A program made the translations under genes and the position numbers. From Candidatus Rokuibacteriota bacterium (GTDB taxonomy: Bacteria > JAUVQV01 > DATDCY01), in assembly GCA_031406795.1 (NCBI GenBank), contig JANOHV010000274.1:1-43634 (forward strand): DNA of 43,634 nt. Reading direction: 5' to 3'. Below are positions 34,763 to 43,505 of this stretch, piece after piece (the first letter of the stretch is position 1; every line of letters begins with the position of its first letter). The notes beneath the pieces were generated by a model. It saw nothing but the letters and a program-made list of their open reading frames with translations. It had not been told where the DNA came from and ran no database searches.

Positions 34763-35006
34763 TCCCCCCCCTCTTCTTTGTGAGGCCACGCAAAAGTCAG
34801 CCCGCCATAGCACCGCTGCCGCGAAGTCTCGATCAGGACGAGGCTCCGCGAATCCCGCATTTTTCGCTACTACCTGGCCGATTGTTCGATACTACCTATT
34901 CGGTGGTCTTGAGTCACCCGGTTTCGCGGACTGGGGAGGAGTCTGAACCGCAGCGGAGCCTGGTCACGATCGTCGCAGACCGACATTGTCGGAAGGCACG
35001 CCTTCC

Positions 35007-35035
35007 TTGACGAATCCCGGCCCTTCACCTACGAT
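35007..35035 (+). promoter_or_regulatory. Sigma70 promoter, near-leaderless
   Basis: TTGACG-N17-TACGAT, then 8 nt, then ATG 35044. Confidence 0.7.
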
Positions 35036-35043
35036 GCCGCGCG

Positions 35044-35931
35044 ATGCACAGGAAACTCGAGAAGGTCTATTACGAAATCCGCCGCCCGCGCACGACGTGG
35101 GACGACATCGGCGGCTGCACGCTAGTCAAGGCGGCCTTGCGCCAGATGGTCTGCCTCCCGCTGATGAGAGCGGCCGACGTCGGCCGCATGGGGTTGGTGC
35201 CGCCCGCGGCCATCCTGCTCTGGGGGCCGCTCGGCACCGGCCTGGCGATGCTCCCCGAGGCCTGCGCCTCCGAGGCCGGGGTGAGTTACATCTATGTCTC
35301 CGGGCGCGAAATCCTCGGCAAGCCCGAGGCGCTCGTCGAGACGCTGCGCGAAGCCGAGCGTGAAGCCCCCGCGGTGCTCTACATCTCGGACCTCGACTGG
35401 CTCGCCCCGCAACCGGGCGCAAACTACGCCTGGGGCCCCGAGGGCAACGAGCGCGGCAAGCCGCCGACCTTCGCCGACCGCGAAATGACCGACACCTTCC
35501 TGCGGGAACTCGACCGGCTGCAGGCGGCGACCGCCGGACGCCTCGCGATCATCGGCGGGACCTACCGCATCGACGTCGTCAATCAGGCGCTCATCAAGGA
35601 CAAGAGCCGCTTCAACCGCAAGGTCTTCCTGCCGCCGCCGGAGCTCGCGGATCGCCGGGCCGTGCTCGGGATTTACGCAGCGCGCAAGCCGAACGACGGG
35701 CATCTCGACCTTGACGCGGTCGCGGCGCAGACCGAGGGGTACGTCGGCTGGGACCTGGAAAACGTCGTAAAGAAGGCGGCGCTGCGCGCGATCGAGGCCG
35801 ACCGCGGGGAAATCACGCAGGCGGATCTGGTCGCGGCTGTCCCCCTCGTCAAGCCCTGGCTGACCCCGGACATGACCGAGGGGTACCGGCGCATCTTCGC
35901 CGCCGACTGCCCCCACCACTACAATTTCTAG
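35044..35931 (+). CDS. CDC48/FtsH-like single AAA+ module with degenerate catalytic motifs
   Basis: TWDDIGG..VK..LR, PP..ILLWGP.GTG, AP.VLYI, RF.RK.F.PPP....R..L, LDAVAAQTEGYVG.DLEN..K.AAL.A; Walker motifs altered. Confidence 0.85.
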   Translation: MHRKLEKVYYEIRRPRTTWDDIGGCTLVKAALRQMVCLPLMRAADVGRMGLVPPAAILLWGPLGTGLAMLPEACASEAGVSYIYVSGREILGKPEALVETLREAEREAPAVLYISDLDWLAPQPGANYAWGPEGNERGKPPTFADREMTDTFLRELDRLQAATAGRLAIIGGTYRIDVVNQALIKDKSRFNRKVFLPPPELADRRAVLGIYAARKPNDGHLDLDAVAAQTEGYVGWDLENVVKKAALRAIEADRGEITQADLVAAVPLVKPWLTPDMTEGYRRIFAADCPHHYNF

Positions 35932-35941
35932 ACGCGGGGCG

Positions 35942-37429
35942 CTAGCCCTCCCGGGCGCACATGGCCTCGCGCGGGCCCGATTTCGGCAGCCGCACGCAGA
36001 AGACCGACCCGCCCGCGGGGTTGTCCTCCACCCAGATCCGGCCCTTGTGCAGGTCGACGAGGCGCTTGACGATGGCCAGGCCGAGCCCGGAACCCTCCAC
36101 ACCCTCTTTCTTCAGCCGCGTGAAACGGGTGAAGATCAGCGGCTTGTCATTGTCGGAGATCCCCTTGCCGAAGTCGCGAATCTGCACGACCCAGCACGGC
36201 CCCTGGTCGAGGATCTCCAGCTCGAGTTTCTTGCCCCCGGCGGCGTACTTGATGGCGTTCGCGACGATGTTCGCGAAGACGTCCTCGACCATCGGATTCG
36301 CGGTGATCGGGTACTCGCCGCGCGGCAGATAGTTGACGGCCATGCTCGCTTCCTTGAGCCGGAGTTCGTGCACCGCCAGCGCGTCGAGCAGCAGCGTGTT
36401 CAGATCGAGCTGCTGGCAGTCGACGTGGTGCATCTCCTCGAGCCGGGAGTACTTCGAGGCGTTGCGGATGAGGTCCATGAGGCGGTTGTTCACCCCCTCG
36501 ATCTTGTGCAGGCAGTCCATCTTGACCGGGTCGGTCTCGTTCTCCTCGAGGAACGAGGTGTAGTACCGCACCACGCTGGCCGGGTTGAGCAGGTCGTGCC
36601 GCACGATGTCGATGAACAGGTCCTTGAGCTGGTTGGACTCGCGCAGGCGCTCGGCCGCGGTCCGGGCCTCCTCCTCGGCCAGCCGCAACCCGCGCTCGCT
36701 CGCCAGCAGGCTGCGGCCGCCGATCGTGACGCCGGCGATCCCGATGAACCAGAGCAGCAGGTGGGCAAGGATGACCGTGCGGATGCTCTTCCATTCGATC
36801 GCGCGCAGTTCCGCCATCGGCACCGAGACGCTGATGCCGCCCCATGGCTTGTCGAGGACGTAGCCGCGCTCGTGGTGGCAGGAGAGACAGTTCTCCTCGG
36901 TGATCAGCGGGCGCATCAACCGCATGTATTCCTTGCCGTCCATCGGCTGCACGGCACTCACCTCGTCGACCCCGCGCTTGAAGGCCTCCAGGGCGGAGCG
37001 CTCCCAGGGGTCGGGGGCGTTCTGCGGGCGCATCGGCTCGAGGCTGGTGATGTGCCCGTGCAGCCCCGAGACCGTGCGCTCGAGCTCGTACACCTGGCGC
37101 GTCATGTACGCCGGATTCACGAGCGTGAGGGTTTTGCCCGAAGGAGTGCGGATGTCGCGCTCCGCGATACCGGCGAGGTAGGGGTTCGGCGGCGTCACGG
37201 CCGCGTCGACGTACACGCCGCCGTACTGGTTGTTCCAGCGGCGAAAGACGATATCCTTCTCATAGGCGACGCGCGCCTGGATGAGCGCCCCGTCGAGCGT
37301 GCGATCCCGGACCTGGATGATGTTCCAGGCCAGGGAGATTCCCAGCAGCGCCGTGCCGAGCACGCCGAGCGCGGCGATCGAAACCTCGAGACTAAGGCGT
37401 CTCCCGGGAATCTGGGCTCCGGATTGCAT
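35942..37429 (-). CDS. Sensor histidine kinase with DUF3365 (Tll0287-like) heme c domain
   Basis: YGGVYV, LVNPAYMTR, HITSL.P.RPQNAPDPWE, CLSCH, GGISVSVP; H-box RHDLLNP, NAIKY, DFGKG, GSGLGL. Confidence 0.92.
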   Translation of the reverse strand: MQSGAQIPGRRLSLEVSIAALGVLGTALLGISLAWNIIQVRDRTLDGALIQARVAYEKDIVFRRWNNQYGGVYVDAAVTPPNPYLAGIAERDIRTPSGKTLTLVNPAYMTRQVYELERTVSGLHGHITSLEPMRPQNAPDPWERSALEAFKRGVDEVSAVQPMDGKEYMRLMRPLITEENCLSCHHERGYVLDKPWGGISVSVPMAELRAIEWKSIRTVILAHLLLWFIGIAGVTIGGRSLLASERGLRLAEEEARTAAERLRESNQLKDLFIDIVRHDLLNPASVVRYYTSFLEENETDPVKMDCLHKIEGVNNRLMDLIRNASKYSRLEEMHHVDCQQLDLNTLLLDALAVHELRLKEASMAVNYLPRGEYPITANPMVEDVFANIVANAIKYAAGGKKLELEILDQGPCWVVQIRDFGKGISDNDKPLIFTRFTRLKKEGVEGSGLGLAIVKRLVDLHKGRIWVEDNPAGGSVFCVRLPKSGPREAMCAREG

Positions 37430-37437
37430 ATTTTGCC

Positions 37438-37466
37438 ATTATCCGGCGATCGGCGAGGCATTGCAA
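37438..37466 (-). promoter_or_regulatory. Putative promoter, near-leaderless
   Basis: TTGCAA-N17-GATAAT, then 8 nt, then ATG 37429. Confidence 0.55.
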
Positions 37467-37590
37467 GCCGGCGGCCGGGCGGCGCGCGCGGCGGCTGCAG
37501 TTCCGAGCGCTTGACGAAACGGCGATGCTCGGAGAAAATGCCGCCTCACGCGCAGGGAAGACCGCGGGACCACGGAGGACGGGCCGGGCG

Positions 37591-39051
37591 ATGACAGAGC
37601 GGACGATCAGCAACATTCTCGTCGCCAACCGCGGCGTCCCCGCCGTGCGGATCATGCACACCTGCCGCGACCGCAAGATCCGCTCCACCGCGGTGTACTC
37701 CACGCCGGATCGGCTGGCGCACCACGTCTCGATGGCGGACGCCGCCGTGCACATCGGCGAGGCGCCGCCGGCGGAATCCTACCTGAATATGGACCGCCTC
37801 ATCGACGCGGCCCACCGCAGCAAGGCCGACGCCGTCCACGCCGGCTGGGGTTTCCTCGCCGAAAATGCCGCATTCGCCCGCCGCGTCATCGACGCGGGCC
37901 TGACCTGGATCGGCCCGCCCCCCGACGTGATCGGCCGCCTCGGCGACAAAATCGAGGCCAAGCAGATCGCCCGCGCGGCGAACGTCCCGGTGATCCCCGG
38001 GATCGACCACGTCATCGAGGCCGACCAGGTGCGCCGCTGGATGCGCGAGGACAACGTCACCTTCCCCATCATGCTCAAGGCGGCCGGCGGCGGCGGCGGG
38101 CGCGGCATGGTCAAGGTCGAACACGACGCGCACCTGCACATGGCGATCGGTCAGGCCCGCTCGGAGGCGAAGAAGTTCTTCGGCAGCGAAACCGTGCTGG
38201 CCGAGAAGTACGTCGAGCGCGGCCGCCACATCGAAGTCCAGATCATCGCGGACCAGCACGGCAACGTCTTCCACCTCTTCGAGCGCGAGTGCACGATCCA
38301 GCGGCGCCACCAGAAGATCGTCGAAGAGGCGCCCTCCCCGACGCTCGACACGCAGCTGCGCGAGGAGATCTGCGCCACCGCGGTGCGCCTGATGCGCGAG
38401 ATCGGCTACGCGTCCGCCGGCACCGTCGAGTTCCTCTTCGACTCCGAGACCCGGCGCTTTTACTTTCTGGAGGTCAACACCCGCCTTCAGGTCGAGCACG
38501 GGATCACCGAGTTGATCACCGGCGTTGACATCGTCGGGCTGATGCTCGACGTCGCCGAGGGCAAGCCCCTGCCCTTCCGGCAGGAGGAGATCCGCCCCAA
38601 CCGCTGGGCGCTCGAAGTGCGACTCAACGCCGAGGACCCGCGCAGCTTCAACCCGTCGTTCGGCAACGTCTCGCGGCTGATCGTGCCCCAGGGGCCGAAC
38701 GTGCGCGTCGCCTCCGGGATCTACGAGGGGGCGGACGTGCCGCCGTACTACGACTCGCTGCTGATGCTCGTGATCACCGCCGGCAAGGACCGCGCGGACG
38801 CGATCCGCGTCATGGACCGCTGCCTCGGCCGCAACCTGCGCGTCGAGGGGGTAAAGACGCTGCAGCCGCTGCTGCTCTCGATCATCCGCCACCCGGCGTT
38901 CGTCGCCGGCGAGTTCTCGACGCGCTTCATCGAGGAGCACCTCGCCGAGCTGGTCGCCACCTTCCGCGACCGCAGCGCCGAGGACGAAGTCCTCAAGGTG
39001 GCGCGCTACGTCGCCGAGATCACCGCGCTCGGCCCGCGGGGGTGGATGTGA
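37591..39051 (+). CDS. Biotin carboxylase subunit (pyruvate carboxylase A-like)
   Basis: ILVANRG, GFLAEN, KAAGGGGGRGM, RHIEVQ, ERECTIQRRHQK, FLEVNTRLQVEH, RLNAEDP, YYDSL. Confidence 0.92.
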   Translation: MTERTISNILVANRGVPAVRIMHTCRDRKIRSTAVYSTPDRLAHHVSMADAAVHIGEAPPAESYLNMDRLIDAAHRSKADAVHAGWGFLAENAAFARRVIDAGLTWIGPPPDVIGRLGDKIEAKQIARAANVPVIPGIDHVIEADQVRRWMREDNVTFPIMLKAAGGGGGRGMVKVEHDAHLHMAIGQARSEAKKFFGSETVLAEKYVERGRHIEVQIIADQHGNVFHLFERECTIQRRHQKIVEEAPSPTLDTQLREEICATAVRLMREIGYASAGTVEFLFDSETRRFYFLEVNTRLQVEHGITELITGVDIVGLMLDVAEGKPLPFRQEEIRPNRWALEVRLNAEDPRSFNPSFGNVSRLIVPQGPNVRVASGIYEGADVPPYYDSLLMLVITAGKDRADAIRVMDRCLGRNLRVEGVKTLQPLLLSIIRHPAFVAGEFSTRFIEEHLAELVATFRDRSAEDEVLKVARYVAEITALGPRGWM

Positions 39052-41153
39052 GCGCGAAGCGACGGGCGCCGACGCCGGCCGCGGCGCCGCGCGCGGCCGC
39101 GGGCAGCCCGGTCTTCGTGCGCCCCGGCATGTCGCCGCGCGCGATCGTGTCCGCCGTGCGCGCGCTGCCCGGGGTCGCGATCACCTCGGTCGGCATGCGC
39201 GACGCCGGGCAGTCGGACTTCAAGAACCGGCTGCGTCTGCACGACCTGGCCACGCTCGCGCCGCACTACGAGCGGATGGGGCTCTTCTCGGCCGAGTGCC
39301 ACGGCGGCGCGCGCTGGCACGTCGGCATCATGAACCGGCGCGAGAGCCCGTTCGAGGAAGTCGCCCGTCTCCGCGAGTTGATGCCCAGCGTGCTGCTGCA
39401 GACGCTGATCCGGGAGACGAACCTCTTCGGCTACCGCCCGTACCCGAAGCGGGTCATCGAGCATGTCGTCGCGCACGTGGACATCGACGTCTGGCGCTGC
39501 TTCTCGTTCCTCAACGACGTGCGCAACATGCGCGCCGTCGCCGAGACCGTGCTCGCGCGCGGGCGCCTCTTCCAGCCGACGATCTCGTTCACTTCGGCGG
39601 ACTGGGCCACCGATGCCTACTACCTCGGCGTGGTCCGCGACATCGTCGATCTGTGCGGCGGCACCAGCGAGATCGTCCTGTGCATCAAGGACATGGCGGG
39701 CGTCGGCAGCATCACGCGGGTCGGCCGGCTCATCGACGCGATCCGCCAGCGCTGGCCGGAACTGGTCATCGGCTACCACCGACATATCACCGACGGGCTG
39801 GCGATGCCGGCGCTGCTGGCGGCGGCCAAGGCCGGCGCGAAGATCCTCGACGCCGAGGAGGACTCGCTGGTGCGCTTCTACGGGCACTCGCCGATCCTCG
39901 CGGTGCAGGCCTTCCTCGAGGAATCGGGCATCCCGGTGCACTTGGTGCGCGCCGAGGCGGAGGCCGCCGTGAGCAGGGCGCGCGAGTGGGTCGGCGCCTA
40001 CGACTGGGCCGAGTCGCCGTTCAAGGGCCTCGACCACACGGTGACGCGGCACCGCATGCCCGGCGGGGCGTTCCCCAGTTCGTTCGAGCAGGCCGAGAAG
40101 GGCGACTTCCTGCACCTGATGCCCGGCGTTCTCACGGTGATGTCGCTCTACAACCGCATCGTGCGGTATTTCGACGTGACGCCCGGCTCGCAGATCACCT
40201 GGGTGACCTGCAGCGGCCTGGTCAACCGTTACGCCAAGGAGCGCGGGGACGCCGGGGTGGCGGACCTGATCCGGTTGCTGACGACGTTCATCGAGGAGCG
40301 GGGACAGGACCTCGACGCGCTGGCCCCCGAGGATCGGGAGGAATTGCTCACCCTCTTTCGAAGCGCGCCCGGCGACTTCAAGAACATGCTCCTCGGCGCG
40401 TACGGGCGGCTCCCCGCCGGCTGGCCGGCGGACTGGGTCTACCGCAGCGCGTTCGGAGACGAGGCGGAGAACAAGCTGCGGGCGCGGCGCGAGGAGTCGC
40501 CCCTCGAATCGGTCCCCGACGAGGATCTCGAGGCCCAGCGTCTGGCGTGCGCGGAGCTCCTCGGCCGCAGCCCGTCCGAGGAGGAGTTCATCCTCTGGCT
40601 GATGCATCCGAAAGACGCGCTCGACTACATCGCCTTCCGCGAGCGCTTCGGCGAGGCCCCGCTGGTGCTGCCGACCGCCGTCTGGCGTTCGGGGCTGCGC
40701 AAGCCCGGCGACCGCGTCGACTTCGAGCTCTGGGGCAAGCCCTACTCAATCGAACTGGTGTCGGTGGGCGCCGAGCACGAGGGGCGGGTCCACGTGGTGA
40801 TTCGGGTGAACAACCGCACGCAGGTCTATACGGTCGAGACCCCGCGAGCCAAGAAAGTCGAGATCCGGATGGCCGGCCGGCCGGGGCAGGTCGGCGCCCC
40901 CACCAACGGCAACATCTGGCGCATCGGCAACCCGGAGCGCGGGCCAGTGCGGGCCGGGGACATCGTGCACCAGGGCGAGGAGATCGCGAATCTCGAGGCG
41001 ATGAAGATGGAGAATGCGATCCTCGCTCCGTTCGACGGTCAGATCGCGGAAGTGTGCGTGCGGCTCAACGAGTCGGTGCGCGAGGGCCAACTCCTCGTCG
41101 TGATCGAGCGCGCGGACCCCCCGGCGGCCGCGCCGAACTCCCCGGACTCATAG
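39042..41153 (+). CDS. Carboxyltransferase plus biotin carrier subunit (pyruvate carboxylase B-like, divergent)
   Basis: RDAGQS, LLQTLIR..N.FGY..YP, LND, IKDMAG, HRH, MPGG, VTPGSQ, EAMKME. Confidence 0.85.
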   Translation: MDVSAKRRAPTPAAAPRAAAGSPVFVRPGMSPRAIVSAVRALPGVAITSVGMRDAGQSDFKNRLRLHDLATLAPHYERMGLFSAECHGGARWHVGIMNRRESPFEEVARLRELMPSVLLQTLIRETNLFGYRPYPKRVIEHVVAHVDIDVWRCFSFLNDVRNMRAVAETVLARGRLFQPTISFTSADWATDAYYLGVVRDIVDLCGGTSEIVLCIKDMAGVGSITRVGRLIDAIRQRWPELVIGYHRHITDGLAMPALLAAAKAGAKILDAEEDSLVRFYGHSPILAVQAFLEESGIPVHLVRAEAEAAVSRAREWVGAYDWAESPFKGLDHTVTRHRMPGGAFPSSFEQAEKGDFLHLMPGVLTVMSLYNRIVRYFDVTPGSQITWVTCSGLVNRYAKERGDAGVADLIRLLTTFIEERGQDLDALAPEDREELLTLFRSAPGDFKNMLLGAYGRLPAGWPADWVYRSAFGDEAENKLRARREESPLESVPDEDLEAQRLACAELLGRSPSEEEFILWLMHPKDALDYIAFRERFGEAPLVLPTAVWRSGLRKPGDRVDFELWGKPYSIELVSVGAEHEGRVHVVIRVNNRTQVYTVETPRAKKVEIRMAGRPGQVGAPTNGNIWRIGNPERGPVRAGDIVHQGEEIANLEAMKMENAILAPFDGQIAEVCVRLNESVREGQLLVVIERADPPAAAPNSPDS

Positions 41154-41289
41154 ACCCGTTCAGGCTGCGGGTCCTGCCTGCCACCCCGCCGCCGGGGTGG
41201 TCGCTGCGGACCTCCATCGGCCTCGCTTCGCTCCCCCGCTGGAGACCTCCCCTCCGCGCCACCCCTCCGCCCAGCACGTTCTTCACGGC

Positions 41290-41411
41290 AGGCTGCTCAA
41301 AAAGGCCCAGGTGCAAGGCGGGCGAGTCCTGAGGAATGAGGCGTACGAGCAGTACGCCGCAGTGACGAAGGACGAAGACCAACGCCGCAGATGGGTCTTT
41401 TTCAGCGGCCT
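41290..41411 (+). mobile_element. TIR repeat element (MITE-like), best-preserved copy
   Basis: Imperfect ~25-bp inverted ends aggctgctcaaaaaggcccaggtgc and gcagatgggtctttttcagcggcct; no transposase. Confidence 0.85.
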
Positions 41412-41412
41412 G

Positions 41413-42432
41413 CTAGGGGTTGATGATCACCTTGATGGATTCGCCGCCGTCGGCCACCGCCCGAAACGCCGCGCCAATCCCCTCCAGCGGGAAGCGGTGC
41501 GTCACCATTTCGGCGACGGGGACGCGGCGGCTGCGGATCAATTCGATGGCGATCGCGAGGTCCCCCGGCGCCGCGCCGTAGGAGGTCTGCAGCGTGATCT
41601 CGCGGCGCCAGATCTCCGGGAAGGGGATACGGGCGACGCCATCCTGGTCCGGCGCGCCGAAGAAGAGCACGGAGCCGCCGCTGGCCACCAGGTGCATCGA
41701 CTGGTTCACCGCCTTCGGCGCGCCCGTGCAGACGATGACGCGATCCGCCAGTCGTCCCCCGGTCGCCGCCGCAACTTCCGCGAGGACGTCGCTCGTGGCG
41801 GCAAACGCGGCCGACGCCCCGAAACGCCGCGCCGCCTCGAGTCGCCAGGGGTTGATATCCGTCGCCAGGATCGTCCCGGCGCCGAGCGCCCGGGCGAGCG
41901 CGATGTGCAGCAGCCCCGAAATGCCGCTGCCCATGACGAGGACCGAGTCCGCGGAACCGACCCGCGCCAGCCGCTGCGCGCGCACGACGCAGCCGAGCGG
42001 CTCGGCGAAGGTACCCTCGTCGAACGAGACTTCCTCGGGCAGCAGGAAGACGCCGCGATCGGTCTGCAGCGGCGGCACCCGCACGTACTCCGCGAAACCG
42101 CCGGGGTCGAAATTCGTCGAGTGCAGCGTCGTGCAGGCCGTGTGGTGCCCGCCGAGGCAGATCGAGCAGGTGTTGCACGGGACGTGGTGTGTCACTGCGA
42201 CGCGGTCGCCGACCCGCCAGGCGGTAACGCCGGCGCCGACCTCGGCCACGGTCCCCGCGACCTCGTGGCCGAGCACGAGCGGCGCCTTCTTGATCCGGTA
42301 CCACTCCAGCACGTCGGAGCCGCACACCCCCGAGGCCGCGATGCGCACGAGGATCTCGCCCGGGCCGATCACCGGCCGCGGGCGCTCTTCGACCCGCAGG
42401 TCGCTGTTGCTGTAGTAGACCCCCGCCCGCAT
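41413..42432 (-). CDS. Zn-dependent alcohol/polyol dehydrogenase (MDR family)
   Basis: GVCGSD, LGHE, C..C..C......C structural Zn site, EPLGC, GSGISG. Confidence 0.92.
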   Translation of the reverse strand: MRAGVYYSNSDLRVEERPRPVIGPGEILVRIAASGVCGSDVLEWYRIKKAPLVLGHEVAGTVAEVGAGVTAWRVGDRVAVTHHVPCNTCSICLGGHHTACTTLHSTNFDPGGFAEYVRVPPLQTDRGVFLLPEEVSFDEGTFAEPLGCVVRAQRLARVGSADSVLVMGSGISGLLHIALARALGAGTILATDINPWRLEAARRFGASAAFAATSDVLAEVAAATGGRLADRVIVCTGAPKAVNQSMHLVASGGSVLFFGAPDQDGVARIPFPEIWRREITLQTSYGAAPGDLAIAIELIRSRRVPVAEMVTHRFPLEGIGAAFRAVADGGESIKVIINP

Positions 42433-42463
42433 CTCGCCGCCGCCCGAACTGGTGCCGGCGCTG

Positions 42464-43312
42464 CTACTTCCGGGCGCGGGCGCCGGCCTTCTTCGCCGCG
42501 GATTTCCTCGGCGCGGATTTCCTCGGCGCCGGTTTCTGCAGCGACTTGAAGAGCTCGTACGCCTGAGCCGCCGTGGCGTCCCCGTGCACGACCGCGCGAA
42601 CCGCCTGGATCATCGCCACCGGATTGGCGGACTGGAAGATGTTGCGCCCCATGTCGACGCCGCTGGCGCCGTCGCGCACCGCGCTCGCGGCCAACTCGAG
42701 CGCCTCTTTCTCGGGCAGCTTCTTGCCGCCGGCAATCACGACCGGCACCGGGCAGGTGCGCACGACGTGCTCGAAGTTGTCGCAGTAGTAGGTCTTGACG
42801 AAGTGCGCCCCCAGTTCGGCCGCGATGCGGCAGGCCAGCGCCAGATAGCGGGCGTCCCGCGCCATGTCCTTGCCGACCGCGGTCACGGCGAGCACGGGAA
42901 TTCCGTGCCGCTCACCATCGTCGACCAGCGCCGCGAGCGAGAGCAGCGTCTGCCGCTCGTAGGGCGAGCCGACGTAGATCGAGAGCGCCACCCCGGCGGC
43001 GTTGAGCCGCACGGCATCCTCCATCGTGGTGACGAGCCCCTCGTTCGAGAGTTCGGAGAGGATGCTCGTGCCGCCGGAGACGCGCAGCACGATCGGCACG
43101 TCCACGCGTGGATCCACCGACGAGCGCAGCACGCCGCGGGTGAGCATCAGCGTGTCGGCATAGGGCGCAAGCGGCGCGATCACCTCCGCCGGCGACTCCA
43201 GGCCGGAGGTGGGCCCGAGAAAGTAGCCGTGGTCCACGGCGAGCATGACGGTGCGGCCGGTGGCCGGCCGGATGATCCGCGCGAGGCGGTTTTTCAGTCC
43301 CCAGGATGACAT
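42464..43312 (-). CDS. lsrF: LsrF-like thiolase / class I aldolase (DhnA family)
   Basis: [63 protein letters not shown]. Confidence 0.85.
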   Translation of the reverse strand: MSSWGLKNRLARIIRPATGRTVMLAVDHGYFLGPTSGLESPAEVIAPLAPYADTLMLTRGVLRSSVDPRVDVPIVLRVSGGTSILSELSNEGLVTTMEDAVRLNAAGVALSIYVGSPYERQTLLSLAALVDDGERHGIPVLAVTAVGKDMARDARYLALACRIAAELGAHFVKTYYCDNFEHVVRTCPVPVVIAGGKKLPEKEALELAASAVRDGASGVDMGRNIFQSANPVAMIQAVRAVVHGDATAAQAYELFKSLQKPAPRKSAPRKSAAKKAGARARK

Positions 43313-43373
43313 GGTGCCCTTCCTCCCGTTGTTGGCTTGTGCCCAGTGCCGGCGCCGTGCTGGCGCAGAAGGA

Positions 43374-43403
43374 TTTATAGGGGCGGCGGCGCACACGTGT
43401 CAA
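43374..43403 (-). promoter_or_regulatory. Sigma70 promoter of the lsrF-ADH unit
   Basis: TTGACA-N18-TATAAA. Confidence 0.65.
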
Positions 43404-43469
43404 GCGGCGAAACCGGCGGCGCCCCGCGACGCAGACGGCCGGCCGGCCAACACCGGCCTTCCGGCCGCC

Positions 43470-43498
43470 TTGACAAGCACCGCCGCGGCGGGTAGTAA
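43470..43498 (+). promoter_or_regulatory. Sigma70 promoter, leaderless configuration
   Basis: TTGACA-N17-TAGTAA, then 7 nt, then GTG 43506. Confidence 0.6.
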
Positions 43499-43505
43499 TC
43501 AGGAC

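Noticed and set aside
35915-35931. HbYX proteasome-docking motif on the AAA protein
   Set aside because: The terminus is H-Y-N-F, so Tyr is third from last rather than penultimate.
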